From the NCBI GenBank assembly GCA_051362555.1, contig CM120641.1, positions 8,246,001 through 8,310,000 of the forward strand: a stretch of DNA of 64,000 bases. The letters are read 5' to 3'. The position numbers were made by a program, and so were the translations under genes. Position 1 is the stretch's first letter, and each line of letters begins with the position of its first letter. Below are positions 1 through 11,851 of the stretch, piece after piece. The stretch is from Lingula anatina (Eukaryota > Animalia > Brachiopoda). The notes below the pieces were generated by a model. It worked only from the letters and a program-made list of their open reading frames with translations. It was not told the DNA's origin and made no database searches.

Positions 1-3000
1 CAAAATTGTAAATATTTCATTAAAAAGAAAAGTCTGGTAACAATTGTAGTAGTGGACCACCCAAAGCACTAAAAGCTTTTTCTAAATTTCTTGAGTGGGG
101 TTCCTGTGGTTTCTTTTAATTTACAACATGCATGTAATGTTTTGTCCATTTCACAGGGAAAAAATGGAAGAGTAAAAAAGAAAGGCTAAATGAGACTTTG
201 AAACTTAAACTTTAATTTTTTTTCTACTCTAGCTGAAAGCTTTTAAGAAAAAGAGATGGGCTGAAATGTGAAGCAAATCTTTCTTTTCCAATTTCTACCC
301 CATTAAGGGGTGGTGAATCTGTAATGAGATGGCATGTGAGTTATCCAGCAAAAACAGCATCCAAGGGATTTCTTGGCTGTGGATGTATTTGTTCAGGTAA
401 AGGCAGACGTGAAGTTTAATAGAGAACCAACGCACATACAGGAAGACCAAAAACAAGACCTGTTTTTGATGAAAATTCCCTGTTATTGTGACAGCTGGAA
501 GTGAAAAGTGGAGTAGCATCCCCTAATTGCTATGTCTTGGGGCAGTTTACTTGAGGTGTCATTGATAAAAAAAGACACCTGAAATCATATCTACTTAAAT
601 TTTTGGATAGTTGATTTTGTCTCTCTTGTACAGGATTTGATAAACAAATGGAAATTAAAAGTGAAAATTATAGTCCTGCCTAAAGGAGATTTGGAAGATA
701 GAAAAGACACAGATGGCATTTTTTTAAAAAAATTTATAAGGACATATCACTTTCTGTTATCATCAAAGCATTCCTCTTGATGTTGTGCTGTACAAAATTT
801 AGATTCGACACTATGTAATATAACAAATAAGCAAATTTAGGCCATTTAGATCTGTCTGGCATTTAGCAAGGAGGAAGTATATTTCTGCATGCAGACCTTT
901 TGTAATTTAAACCCCCCCCCCCCAAAAAAAAAAGAAAAAGAAAAAGAAAAGACATGAAAGCAAATAATGAGTGAAAAACATATAATTGCATTAAATGTAT
1001 AAAAGTCATTCCAGAGTATAATCCCTTTTTTTCATTCTCTTCAGGTGAAAGAAAGGCAACTCTTTAACTAGTGAATGTTTCTGTTCAAGAGAGTATATGG
1101 TTGGTTGCATACCTTATGCTGTACGACTCTGATGAAAAACAAAACACTGACAAGATAGAAAGTTCAAAGGAAACACAGCAACCAATTTTTATAAATTGTT
1201 TTCAGGTTGTTTTACTGTTGGAAAGTACTTATTACACACTACTATACATTTAACTGTTTTTACAGAACATGTCTTGTGAGAAGGAATGATTGGTTTGGAA
1301 CAGAGGAAATAAAGGGAAACACACTTTTCAGGAAAATTTTGATTTTTTTTTCACAATTTCAATTCATTCATGTGAAAGGTCAGTTTATTCCACATACTTA
1401 ATGGTCAAAGAAATGTTAAATGCCATACATGAAAAATACAAGTTGGTTGCTGGTAATGCAATCATTGTGGTTGAACCATGCTGTCTTCTGATGGACATTA
1501 AAGTTGCTGTTTTCTGCAAGACCACTAGCAGGCAACAATGCATGTCAATATTGACTTTTCTGATAACCTATGTTCAGTTAACCATGAAAAGTGTTGATTG
1601 TAGTGCCCATTTGTAGCTATAAGATTATCTGTCTGAGTTGTGAATAGAAAGTATTGATTGTGTGTGAAATATGAAAGAAAATTGTAACTCCCTGTTGCTT
1701 ATCAGATAGCCATGGCTTAAAGCAATGCGACTAACATGACAAATGGTAAGTGATCAAGGACTAATTGCATTGTTTGTCTCTGGTTAATTGTTCTGGGTTA
1801 ATTTATTGGGAAAATTCATGGTTCATTAAAGAATTTTTGATGTCATCGTGTTTGGGGCTGTTGTGTCATGAGGATCTTAAACTAATAAGTAAAAGGTGAA
1901 GTAGGTAAAATGTTGAATGGATTTTGTTAGCATTTTTCTTATTCCTATAGGTAGAATTGGATATCCAAAATAATAATAAAATTAATAATAATAATTAAAA
2001 AAAAAAAAAAAATGTTCATGTCACATTTCCCATCCACTCAAAACACTGCACACAAGTGTGTTATTAGATTAAATTGGAATTGCAGAGTTGTCTGGGACTT
2101 GCAGGTATTGGTAAACTTGGAATGCCACGCTCATTGCTCATTTTTAAAAGCATTTTGCTAAACCCCCTCCATTATCTTATAAATTTGCAGCCAGAATGCT
2201 CATTTATAATCCATATGTACCCCAGAGCACCCCAGGTATATTGTACAAACCACAGTCAATACTCTCTCTGTCTTTTTCAATAAAGGGTAATTAATTTGAA
2301 ACCAAGCATGAACTTTCTCAATTCAGCTAATAGAAAATCCAATAATGCTTTTTTATTAAAAAGCAAATATTGGCCCTGTATCATAGCTATTTAAACAACA
2401 TGAAAGAATGGATTCTGGTGTAAATGAACTGTGCTTTGCTGTGGATAGGGATAATTGTGCTCAGTTCACACCTCTAAATATGACTGACAGAAAATCTCAA
2501 TCTACAACCAGTCCAAAATTTGTAATTCAGCACATTTGTAATTTGGTGGTGGTAATTAAAAAGAATGATAATGATAAAAAGAAGGCTTCAGTTCAAATAT
2601 AAGACAAATTTTGACCAAGAAATGTAGAGCAAGAATGTGAAAAAGTGATACTTTTAAGTCGATATTACATGTACATGCATTTCTATCTAATTTTTTACAA
2701 ATGTATATGCCATTTGAAATGTTGTTTTCTATAACTTATACAAGTGGCATACAAACTGCAAACAGTGTGAAAAGCACCAAGTAGTTCTAGGCCGCACCTG
2801 TAGCTTCAACAAGTGATCAATAAGTTGTCATTGGTTCACTTCTAAATATAACACTACCATAATTTACACCTTTCCTGATAATTAAAACACATTCCAAAGA
2901 CCTTGTTCCATATGCTTTTCATCCAGAAATGCAACCTTATTAAGCTGGACAGAATTTTAAGGACGCAGTCCATTTTTGTCCAATTTGTTCATGCTTTTTG

Positions 3001-4655
3001 ATAAATCATTGGAATCTTTCAGAAGATTATTTTAATGTACACAGCAGTCGCTCAAGCTTTTTTTTTAAATAACCAACTAAAAACAATCCTTTGATAAATG
3101 ATTTTAGACAATATTCAAGTTATTCTGGAAGCAAAAATTAAAATTTCATTAATTCACTCATTTTAAGTTGGGGGCAAGAAAGAGGAGTTAGACATTGACA
3201 GCAATTACAATTATAAACTCATTGTGCTATCAGTAAATTACAGTACTCAAAGAATGAAAGATAACAAAATCCAAATCAGAACCCATAATGACTTTTCTTT
3301 CTTTGTAATTGCTTTTTCAGAAGCTACTTTAACTCCCTTGGCATTACAATCAAATACCTGTAACAAAAACAGACAGTGAGTTTCCAACAGAGCACCCATA
3401 ATTTTGATTTAATCTTAGTTTCCATTCCAATGGCTACAGGTAGCAGAGTGGCTCTGAGCTAATAAATCATCATAAATGGCATGGTCAGTTATTGTGCTCA
3501 ATGTGTGTTGATTACAGTGAATTACTTCACCATATGGGTTTCCTGTTTCCCAGCATAATAATAATGGGAAATGAAGGCTGATATACTGCCTGATTGTGCC
3601 ACAGATAAAATAAGATTGTTTGTCAAATCAAGCAAGTGTCATTGGCTACTATGAGTTTTTTTTTTTTTATAAAGTCACTTGTATTATGTGTGTCAAAATT
3701 TTGAAATAGTGAACATTTTTAAAGTACTTTCACATGCAAAGTTAAATAAAAATATTTTACTTCAATTTTTTTCTCAGATAGGTTGGAAAGGAACAGAATA
3801 AAAGCTGTAGGCAGCCCATCATAAATCTGAGAAAAATATAATCATGCACCAGTACTGAAGATTTCTGTGCAGTTTGTTCTTGATGAAATATTAATTTGAG
3901 TACATCAAAGAAAGAGAGGGAAATTTGTTCTGCCATCTCCCCCCCCCCTCCCCCATCCCAATAAAAATGTAATGGGTAACCATACCTGTAGGTCTTTAAA
4001 ACATGGCATGCTACAGACTTTTAGATGTAGAAGTTTGTAATGGGGAAAATGGTGGTGAACCACAGAACTTCAAAAGATTATCTAGAAAACATGCTCAGCA
4101 TTAAATAAATGAAGTTTGAAGTTGACATTGTGCATTATGGGGAAAGAGGTTGTGAAAGTACAATCAAAATCTGCTTAATTGATTATTTTGTGCCAGTGAT
4201 ATTCTTTTTAGATATAAAATCAAAGTTTTCTCATTTGAAATGGTATTCTGTTAGTAAGTGCACATTTATATGGCCTTATCATTTTCAGTTTCAGTGTAGA
4301 CAAAACAAATTTCTGCTTGATTTGAGGAGTCTGATGTGGAAATATTATCCTGCTTGTCCTTTGGGAACTTTTGTGAAACTGCATTTGAAAAGTTCACTGG
4401 ATGTCATGTGATGACCTATTTTCCTCCATGGGCAGACTTAAAAGGTTCTGATGTGTTCTTTTTGATATCATTGTAATCAAATAGTTTCCAGCTCAGCATT
4501 AGTCATCCTATGCACAGTGTATGCACATCTCTGTTCCCTTCTGTAAGGTGGATTGATACAGAGCTTGTGAGTGGTTGATTGCTGTGGCATTACGTATATT
4601 AGACACATTTTTCTTTTTTAAATAGTGATATATAATCATGCTTAGAATAAGCTTA

Positions 4656-4755
4656 AGCGGCTTAAATGTCTTGCATGCCTACTGAAGCTGCTAAATGATA
4701 ATTAATTAATTACACCCTAGCAGCTTCAGTAGGCATGACAGACATCTAAGCCGCT
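4656..4755. mobile_element. About 100-bp foldback hairpin (mini-MITE or MITE remnant)
   Basis: Arms AGCGGCTTAAATGTCTTGCATGCCTACTGAAGCTGCTA (4656-4693) and its reverse complement (4718-4755) with 3 mismatches and an AT-rich loop. Confidence 0.6.
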
Positions 4756-4833
4756 GAAGTTGATTGCAATTTAGCGAGAATCCTCTTGGAGATAGATTGA
4801 TCCACAGTTAGTACAATAGGGTCTGGTCTCTTA

Positions 4834-5100
4834 GGCTTCGTTCACATGCAATGTCTATTTTCTAAATTCTATTTTCTATTCGCGCTATCTTATGATCACG
4901 GTCTGTGCACTGAATATCCCGCCGCGTAATTACTGGCAGCGCGAGCCAGTTACTTATAGTAAGTTATAGTAACTTATAGTAACTGGCTCGCGCTGCCAGT
5001 AATTACGCGGCGGGATATTCAGTGCACAGACCGTGATCATAAGACATGCCGCAAATAGAAAATAGAATTTAGAAAATAGACATTGCATGTGAACGAAGCC
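4834..5100. mobile_element. Near-perfect palindromic MITE, PIF/Harbinger-like termini
   Basis: Begins GGCTTCGTTCACATGCAATG and ends CATTGCATGTGAACGAAGCC. Arms of about 125 bp are complementary apart from one short discordant patch. Flanked by TTA on the left and TAA on the right. CpG-rich relative to the background, so probably young. Confidence 0.85.
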
Positions 5101-8100
5101 TAAGTCTGTATTTCACAGCTCTCAATCCCCGTCTGCAGTAGGACAGATAAAAAACTAAGAAGATGATGAAAGTTTACATCGATTCCCCTCTCTCATTGGT
5201 CATAAAGATAAAATTGAATATCGGAACAAAAACTTTAAAATCAAGTAAGTTACATGTATATTGCACATTCACTCAAGTGGTTTTTCATTTTCTGTGCAAC
5301 ACAGACGACATTTTTAACCTAACAACATTTTTTCTTCTCCAGAAATTTGTTATTTCAGGAAGCAGCAGTTCCTTTGGTTCCACATAACTGCATGGCTGGT
5401 GTTTGTCGAAGGAAGGCCATTGTCTCAAAGTCATTGAAGCATATCTTTGTGAAGGATGGCAAACAGACTCTGCATTCATCAACATTTTAGAAAAAAAGCA
5501 GTAAGACATTGATTTCATTTATCACCCCCCTTATTATTCATGATATAATGTGCAATGTCATTCAAATTCTTTATGCATTTCTTTACTGTAATAATAAAAA
5601 GGGAGCAAAAAAAAAAAAAAAAAAATTGTGCAGATTCTTCATCTTTCAGTGATCAGGCTTTTTAAAACTATGAGCAGTCTTGCTGTATACAATGGAACAT
5701 AGAGATTGATTTTTAATTTTTGCGCTACACCTTGATCTTTTCGCTCTCTTGTTTTTTCCCTTTGATCATAACAAGTTTTATTGCTAAGACCATTTTAATG
5801 AACTCAAAGGGGAAGATCAAATTTGTGAAGTTCAAGTAATGCAGGAAATGCTAGGAGAAGTAAAAGTAGAGTATATTAATAACAAGTGAAATCAGATCGC
5901 TGGCTGGCAAAGTTTAGCCAGCAGCTAAAAAAGGAATCTTTCCCCAATAAAATTCCCATTGATAAAACAATGTAAAAGCTTTCAAGTGGATTAGTTTACG
6001 CTTCTTTGCATCTCTTCATCTCTGTCTATATGTTTCATTCCATTCAAGATTGCTTAATTAAATGAAAATGTTATCCTTATCTGCTGTGTAGTGCAGTGAA
6101 TCAGAATAGGGTTTGTGGAGGGTATGTAAAGCAGATTGTACATGTACGTGGCCTATACAATTTTCCTGAATTTTTCTGTTATTTTTACAGGGAGGTGTAC
6201 TCAGACTTGATTAGAACAAGGATGTTGAAGATATACATCCTTGATTAGACATAATATGTTGTATGCAAGCATTTGAATTGTAGAATTGCTTCCATTTAAG
6301 AAATAGTTTAGTTGCAAAACTGGTATGACTAATAATTGATTACATGAATAATTTTAAAAATCAGTTTGTTTCTTCTCAGACATCAAAGCTGTTTAGTGAG
6401 CTGTTATCTTGAATGGATTACTCACATCTATCCTTCATTTCATCTATAACAGATTGCTGATGAGCACTGATAAGAATTGATTTTTTAACTCCATGAATAT
6501 TTGCCAACTGGCAGGTTATGATAATTTGTCCTCACAGCTGCCATTGTGAACCATGCAATTGTACTGTCAGAAGACATATGTCATGTTAAAAATGAGGATC
6601 AATAAAATGTATGTCATGTATACCGTCTCTATAAAACTGTATATATCTTGACCTCTCTCTCTCTGTACTACTGTTTAAAATGCATTATCAAGTAGTTGGA
6701 GGTATTTCACATGAGTAATAAACTCAATAATTTAGATATTAGTCTGTAGTCTCCAAGATGTGATATATTTAAAATATTTATTTTTCAGCCTACTTTAACT
6801 GTCTTGTGTAATTATTATGTAAGCATTGGTGTAAGACTTGTGAATAAATGTTGCCCTGGAAGACTTATTAGAAGATTAGATTGGTATTTCATGAAAAACC
6901 TGTATAATGCATCACACTTTTTAATCACTTTATTTCTTCGGCTTCTGTAGAGAATCCTTACTAAGTCCAACACAAATACAGATATGGCACATACAAGCCT
7001 GCTGTTCAGATGAAATGTTAGCCCATGTAATCAGATTTAATCTATGGTATTAGTTAAGGCGTGATGGGTTAGCATAACTGGCAAGCCTTAAAACATAACC
7101 TATTATACAGTTAATGTCATTAAAAGGTGATGGCATATTGACTGGAACCCCAGTATTTTTAGCCATATGGGATTATGATGACTACACCCCAGCTTGCATC
7201 ATTTAGTAACCAACATCTGGACTCAGAATTATCTAGAAAATTAATAGTGAATTATAGACTGAGATCTTCATTGCAATTCCTCACACATAAATCATGAATG
7301 GTTTGATCTAGCATCCGAAGTCACTTACACTTGAGCTTTATATGTATGTTAGTATGTCCAGGTGAAAATTTAAATAAACTGCAGCGACTTGACCTAAATT
7401 TATGAAATTTACAAAATCACAAGATCAGAATTTAGAAAATTTGAGAAAAATTATGAATCAAAGAAAAATCAACATTATCTCAAATTGAAAGAATATCAAT
7501 TCTACAGCTTAAACTTAAAGGCAAATAAAGTGTGTTAGAACTAACTAAAGGAAAAGAATGAATTTTCGTGGAAATTTGAGTATACTCTATCCAAACAATT
7601 GAAAAAATTACAATCTGTGAATTCCATTTTCTACTTATAACTCTCTAATTTTAACCATCACAACTAAAATTCTCCAGTCTCTTTCTAGATCTTTATGGCA
7701 AGGCAAGAGTGACTCAAAAACTACAAACTTAGGTTTGTATATTGTTATTGTGAATGCCTCATGCAGTGATTAAGGTTAAAGTGTTGAAATATCCAGAAAA
7801 ATTAATATCTTGCTTTATCGAGATCTAATGCTCAATCTGTGTTTTTAAAGAAGAAAAAAAAAAAAAAAAATTCAATTTGACCTAAAGGACTACAAGTCCA
7901 TTTACTATGTGTTTCTTTCTATTTAAATATTTTAATAATGGATTTGATACATTAAAAATCTTCTGTAAAAATGCTCCAAATGCTTCCCAATGATAATAGT
8001 ACAATTTTGGCTGGACAGCAATCAATCAAGGCACTCCTTTACAGCTTTGTTTTTTTTTCTTTCAGTTACATCCAGTAGTATGCTGACATCTGCTCAACTT

Positions 8101-9104
8101 TAATGTTCCATGTCCCAAACAGGAAGCTCTTGAACATGTCAGGCTTTAAAACTGCTGCCAAAATATTTTCAGACATGAGCTTTTGCATGTTTCTCACAGA
8201 AGGAAAGCTTACAGATTTTGTTTTAAAGGATACCTCTTATTGTACATATGACTATCATTTCTTAAAGGAAATTTGGATGGAGTGGGGTGGAAGAAAATGC
8301 TATGGCAACTCAATGAAATTAAATGTGGAGATATTTTTCTAACATAACCTTTAGCCTGTCATTTATCTTATCATTGCTATGCACAATGGAAGAGATTATT
8401 AAAAGTCAAAGAGCATATTTCAAAAGACGTGTTAAAATTTTCAAACTAGTTTTGGGTTGAACAACTTCCTCCCCTGTGCAGTATATTACTGAGATGGAAC
8501 TGTCAGTGGATGAAAACAAACAAGACTGCTGTGATTAATGAAAGTTACCTGCAGATGTAGTAACTTCCTTTGATCTTGTCCAAATTTGGGTGCAAGTTCA
8601 GCCAGAAGTGAATTTAAATGAGTTTATTTATGCTTTCTGTAAAAGCACAGCTTCCTCAGTAAATGTTGTTTGAAAACCGGAGTATTTACTTAATGTGTAA
8701 TGACCATTGTTGATTTAATCAAAAGTAAACTCTTAGTCACTATGTTTGGTAGTATTGTGGCTACCTTTTTCATGAGACAGGTGAAAGTATTATGAAAATT
8801 CAAAGCACTGTTTTGATTCCAGTGGATATTCATTTATGAAATATTTAACTGCCCTATGAGGAACTGGAAATCAAATCACCCCTCCCTTTTCAATATAGGA
8901 GAGTTTTGATTGAGAGCATCAGATATGTATTAACTAAATGGAAGTGCTCTTAGAATATGTGAGCCTTTGGGAATTTGAAATGGGCTTTAGGCTTTTATGC
9001 AGCTTTTATCAAGATCTTATAAGTTCATTTCACTTAAAATCAAAAGCAAATTTACTAGCTATACGCAACTGCACAGAAACTAAGTTTTATATAAGAAAAA
9101 AATG

Positions 9105-9525
9105 AATAATAATGATAATTTATTTTATATATGGCACATTCCATTTAGGCATTAAAATCCCAATATGCTAGAAATGACAAAATAAAAGCTTAAATCATAA
9201 ATTGCTTATTAAAGTTATACTTCTTAGTTATAAATGACAAAATACAAACTAAAAATCATAAATCGCTTACTAAAGTTATAGTTCTTACTTCTAAATTAAT
9301 GAGCCTTGGAGTTACTAATGTTGATCGGGAATAATTTAAAGGCTGGAAGACTTAAAACAATAAAACTTTACTGTATCAATTACTATGAACTGATTTAGAA
9401 ATGTAGATCTTTAAGAGTTTCTTTAAAAATTCAAAGTCATTCACAGTTCTTAGATCAGTAGGTTGATTATTCCATAACTTTTGTGTATATATTGTAAATG
9501 CACATTCACCATTATACTCAGTAAT
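9105..9525 (-). mobile_element. Degraded 3' remnant of an L2-clade LINE
   Basis: Minus strand reads GECAFTIYTQKLWNNQPTDLRTVNDFEFLKKLLKIYISK, matching the L2 ORF2 C-terminal pattern GxxAF...LWNxLP..R....FK..LK. It is followed by a 3' UTR with an about 60-bp tandem duplication (9172-9290) and a (TTA)-like tail near 9105-9120. Confidence 0.65.
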
Positions 9526-10172
9526 TGTTAGCTTTTTTTCCTCAAAAACAGAAAGTAAATGATTAAAAGTGGAAGTCTTAATGATGCATCCCTCCTGGTG
9601 TGGGAGATGAAGTTTCGATATATATATATATATATTGGTGATTCTTCTCTATGACTACTTTATCAATTATGCATAATAATTTAGACAATATCCTTTCTTT
9701 AACAAGCATCCAGTGAGCCCGACTATTAATAGCAATATAAATTATAGGCAATACATAAACACACAGACACACATATACTAATAAAATGAAGATGGACACA
9801 CAGCACCATAAATGGATGACTTATTCTGTCCATTCTTATAGATGCAATATTGTAAATGTTATACAAAATTTCTGAAACATTTAAAATAGACGAATTTTCA
9901 TGAATTTATAAATTTGCAAAATTGTGAGAGAAATTATAGACACTCAAAAAAACTGCACTGACAATGGGGATCAACCAAGGCCGTCAGCACTCTGTGATGT
10001 CATATGAGACTAGATAATGTACAAGAATCCATAAGGATGAAGCTGTGTGCTGGGAATGTCCTCTTGGAAATTAAGCAATCCAAAACTGATATCCCAGATA
10101 TACTTAATATGTACCATTGTGCAATAAAATGTAATTCGACAAAACTATGGAGAAAATAAGCAGAAATATAAT

Positions 10173-10342
10173 CAGGCCCGTAGCCAGGGGTGGGTTTCGG
10201 GGGGTTCGAAAGAACTGCCCCTTTTGCTGGGAAAAGGTCCACTCTGGGTAAAATTTGATCTAGGTACATTAAGTTTTTATGGGAAAAGGTCCACTTTTTC
10301 AGAAAAAGAACCCCCCTTTTGAAATTGCTGGCTACGGGCCTG
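10173..10342. mobile_element. 170-bp MITE with hAT-like TIRs and a 6-bp TSD
   Basis: Perfect 15-bp TIRs CAGGCCCGTAGCCAG / CTGGCTACGGGCCTG with TATAAT duplicated immediately on both sides; internal GGGAAAAGGTCCACT direct repeat. Confidence 0.85.
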
Positions 10343-11564
10343 TATAATGATCCATGGTTTAATTCTGTCAGCTTATATTGGTTGCTGTAAATGAACTTGT
10401 TAGTCTGCCATTATTTCTGATCCCACTCTCCTCCAAATCTCGGGAAATCTCGATTGATTTAATGCTTAGTCATGGGACTTGGGGCAATCTCAGAAAATCC
10501 CTATTATTCACTAGCAAAAAATCAAAAGTATAAATGTAATAAGTGGTATAATCAGTTGTTGAAACTGGATGAGTAGTGTCACAATGTTGCCTCGCGCATT
10601 AACTGTTTAGATTCAGTCCCATGGGTAACATTATACAGTGCAACTGTTAACGCAATATTTCAAATTGTGCATTGCCCTTTCATATGATATCCCTTAAGTG
10701 TTACTGTCATTTATCTGTCCAGGGAATCTCAGAAAGAAACAGACATCCCTCCCCCCTTACATATACAAAATGTATGAGTAAGAAAGCCCTCATTTTTTAG
10801 TGCAGACTGTGGACATTAAGGTGAGTTCAGGAGCAGATGGCACACCCTCCACTCTCCACCCTCCCTTACTTTGCCTACCCCCCACCCCCCACCCCCACCC
10901 ACACTCAAATAAAACGAGAGAGAGAGAGGTCCTGGCTGCATGCTGGACTTGCCATATATATATATATATACACACATATGACAATCCTTAATATTCATCA
11001 TTAACAGGCAGTTTGATTAACTACACATCTCAGATGTAGCTTTATTGAGTAAATCCAAGTAGTGTTCAGTTTTATGGCAGGATAATATGCATAATGATAG
11101 CCATATTAATACAGTGTCACTGACATTTATTAGCTAAATGCTAATGGCATACTAGTGGTTTGTGTAGTTGTGTTAGTCACACAATTGTGGCATGAAAGTA
11201 CCTAGTCTAAATTTCTGAATTATAAGTCTGTACTTTCCACCTTAAGTGTAGATGAATGTAATATAAATCAATGCTAATTTTTTAATGAATAATAATTGCA
11301 ATTAATTTGCACACTTAGGCCTACAATAATCAACTTTTTGTTGGTAAATTTTTTCGCTTATCACAAAACTTTAAAAAGTGGAGTGGTTAAGGATACAAAT
11401 AAATGTTTTAATTTTATGAAAAATTACACTGTGGACATTCTCTCATTTCCCCAGCGTAGCCATGTCACATTGCTTGGAATGCTCCTTACCTGTCACCTAC
11501 TGCAACACAATCTGCAAGTACCATAATTTAGTGACTTCACCTCTACCACAATCAGCAATTCCTG

Positions 11565-11620
11565 ACTGGAGCAACTGCTGCACGTGACGTCACGGGCACC
11601 CAGCAACAGCAAACAATATG
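11565..11620. promoter_or_regulatory. Putative (possibly bidirectional) promoter of the KIAA2012-like gene
   Basis: Local CpG enrichment. E-box CACGTG (11581-86) overlaps a perfect CRE palindrome TGACGTCA (11585-92). An X-box-like GGCACCCAGCAAC (11595-607) and a forkhead-like GCAAACA (11609-15) follow, about 240 bp upstream of the ATG. Confidence 0.55.
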
Positions 11621-11851
11621 GAGGGCAGCGGATGTAGGACGTCTCATTGTCAGTTAATAATCGATTTTATCACTCACTGCCAAGAAACCAAATATTGGAG
11701 TTAAAATGGAGATAAAATGACCTAGTGATGTTATATAAGAGTTGTCGATCTATTGTCTGGGTTTGGGAAAAAGTCTAACGCAGTTGAAAAACTTTGGATG
11801 AAACTTCGTCCAGTTGTGGCCCCGTTCTCAGACTCGAGAAAGCATTGAAAG

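Noticed and set aside
5140-5506. Exon-like segments with acceptors and GTAAG donors on the + strand
   Set aside because: All three frames of 5359-5500 contain stops and nothing links them to a gene. A lncRNA cannot be excluded but is unsupported.
10843-10900. C-rich tract with G-quadruplex potential on the minus strand (similar at 63105-63137)
   Set aside because: Simple low-complexity tract with no further evidence of function.
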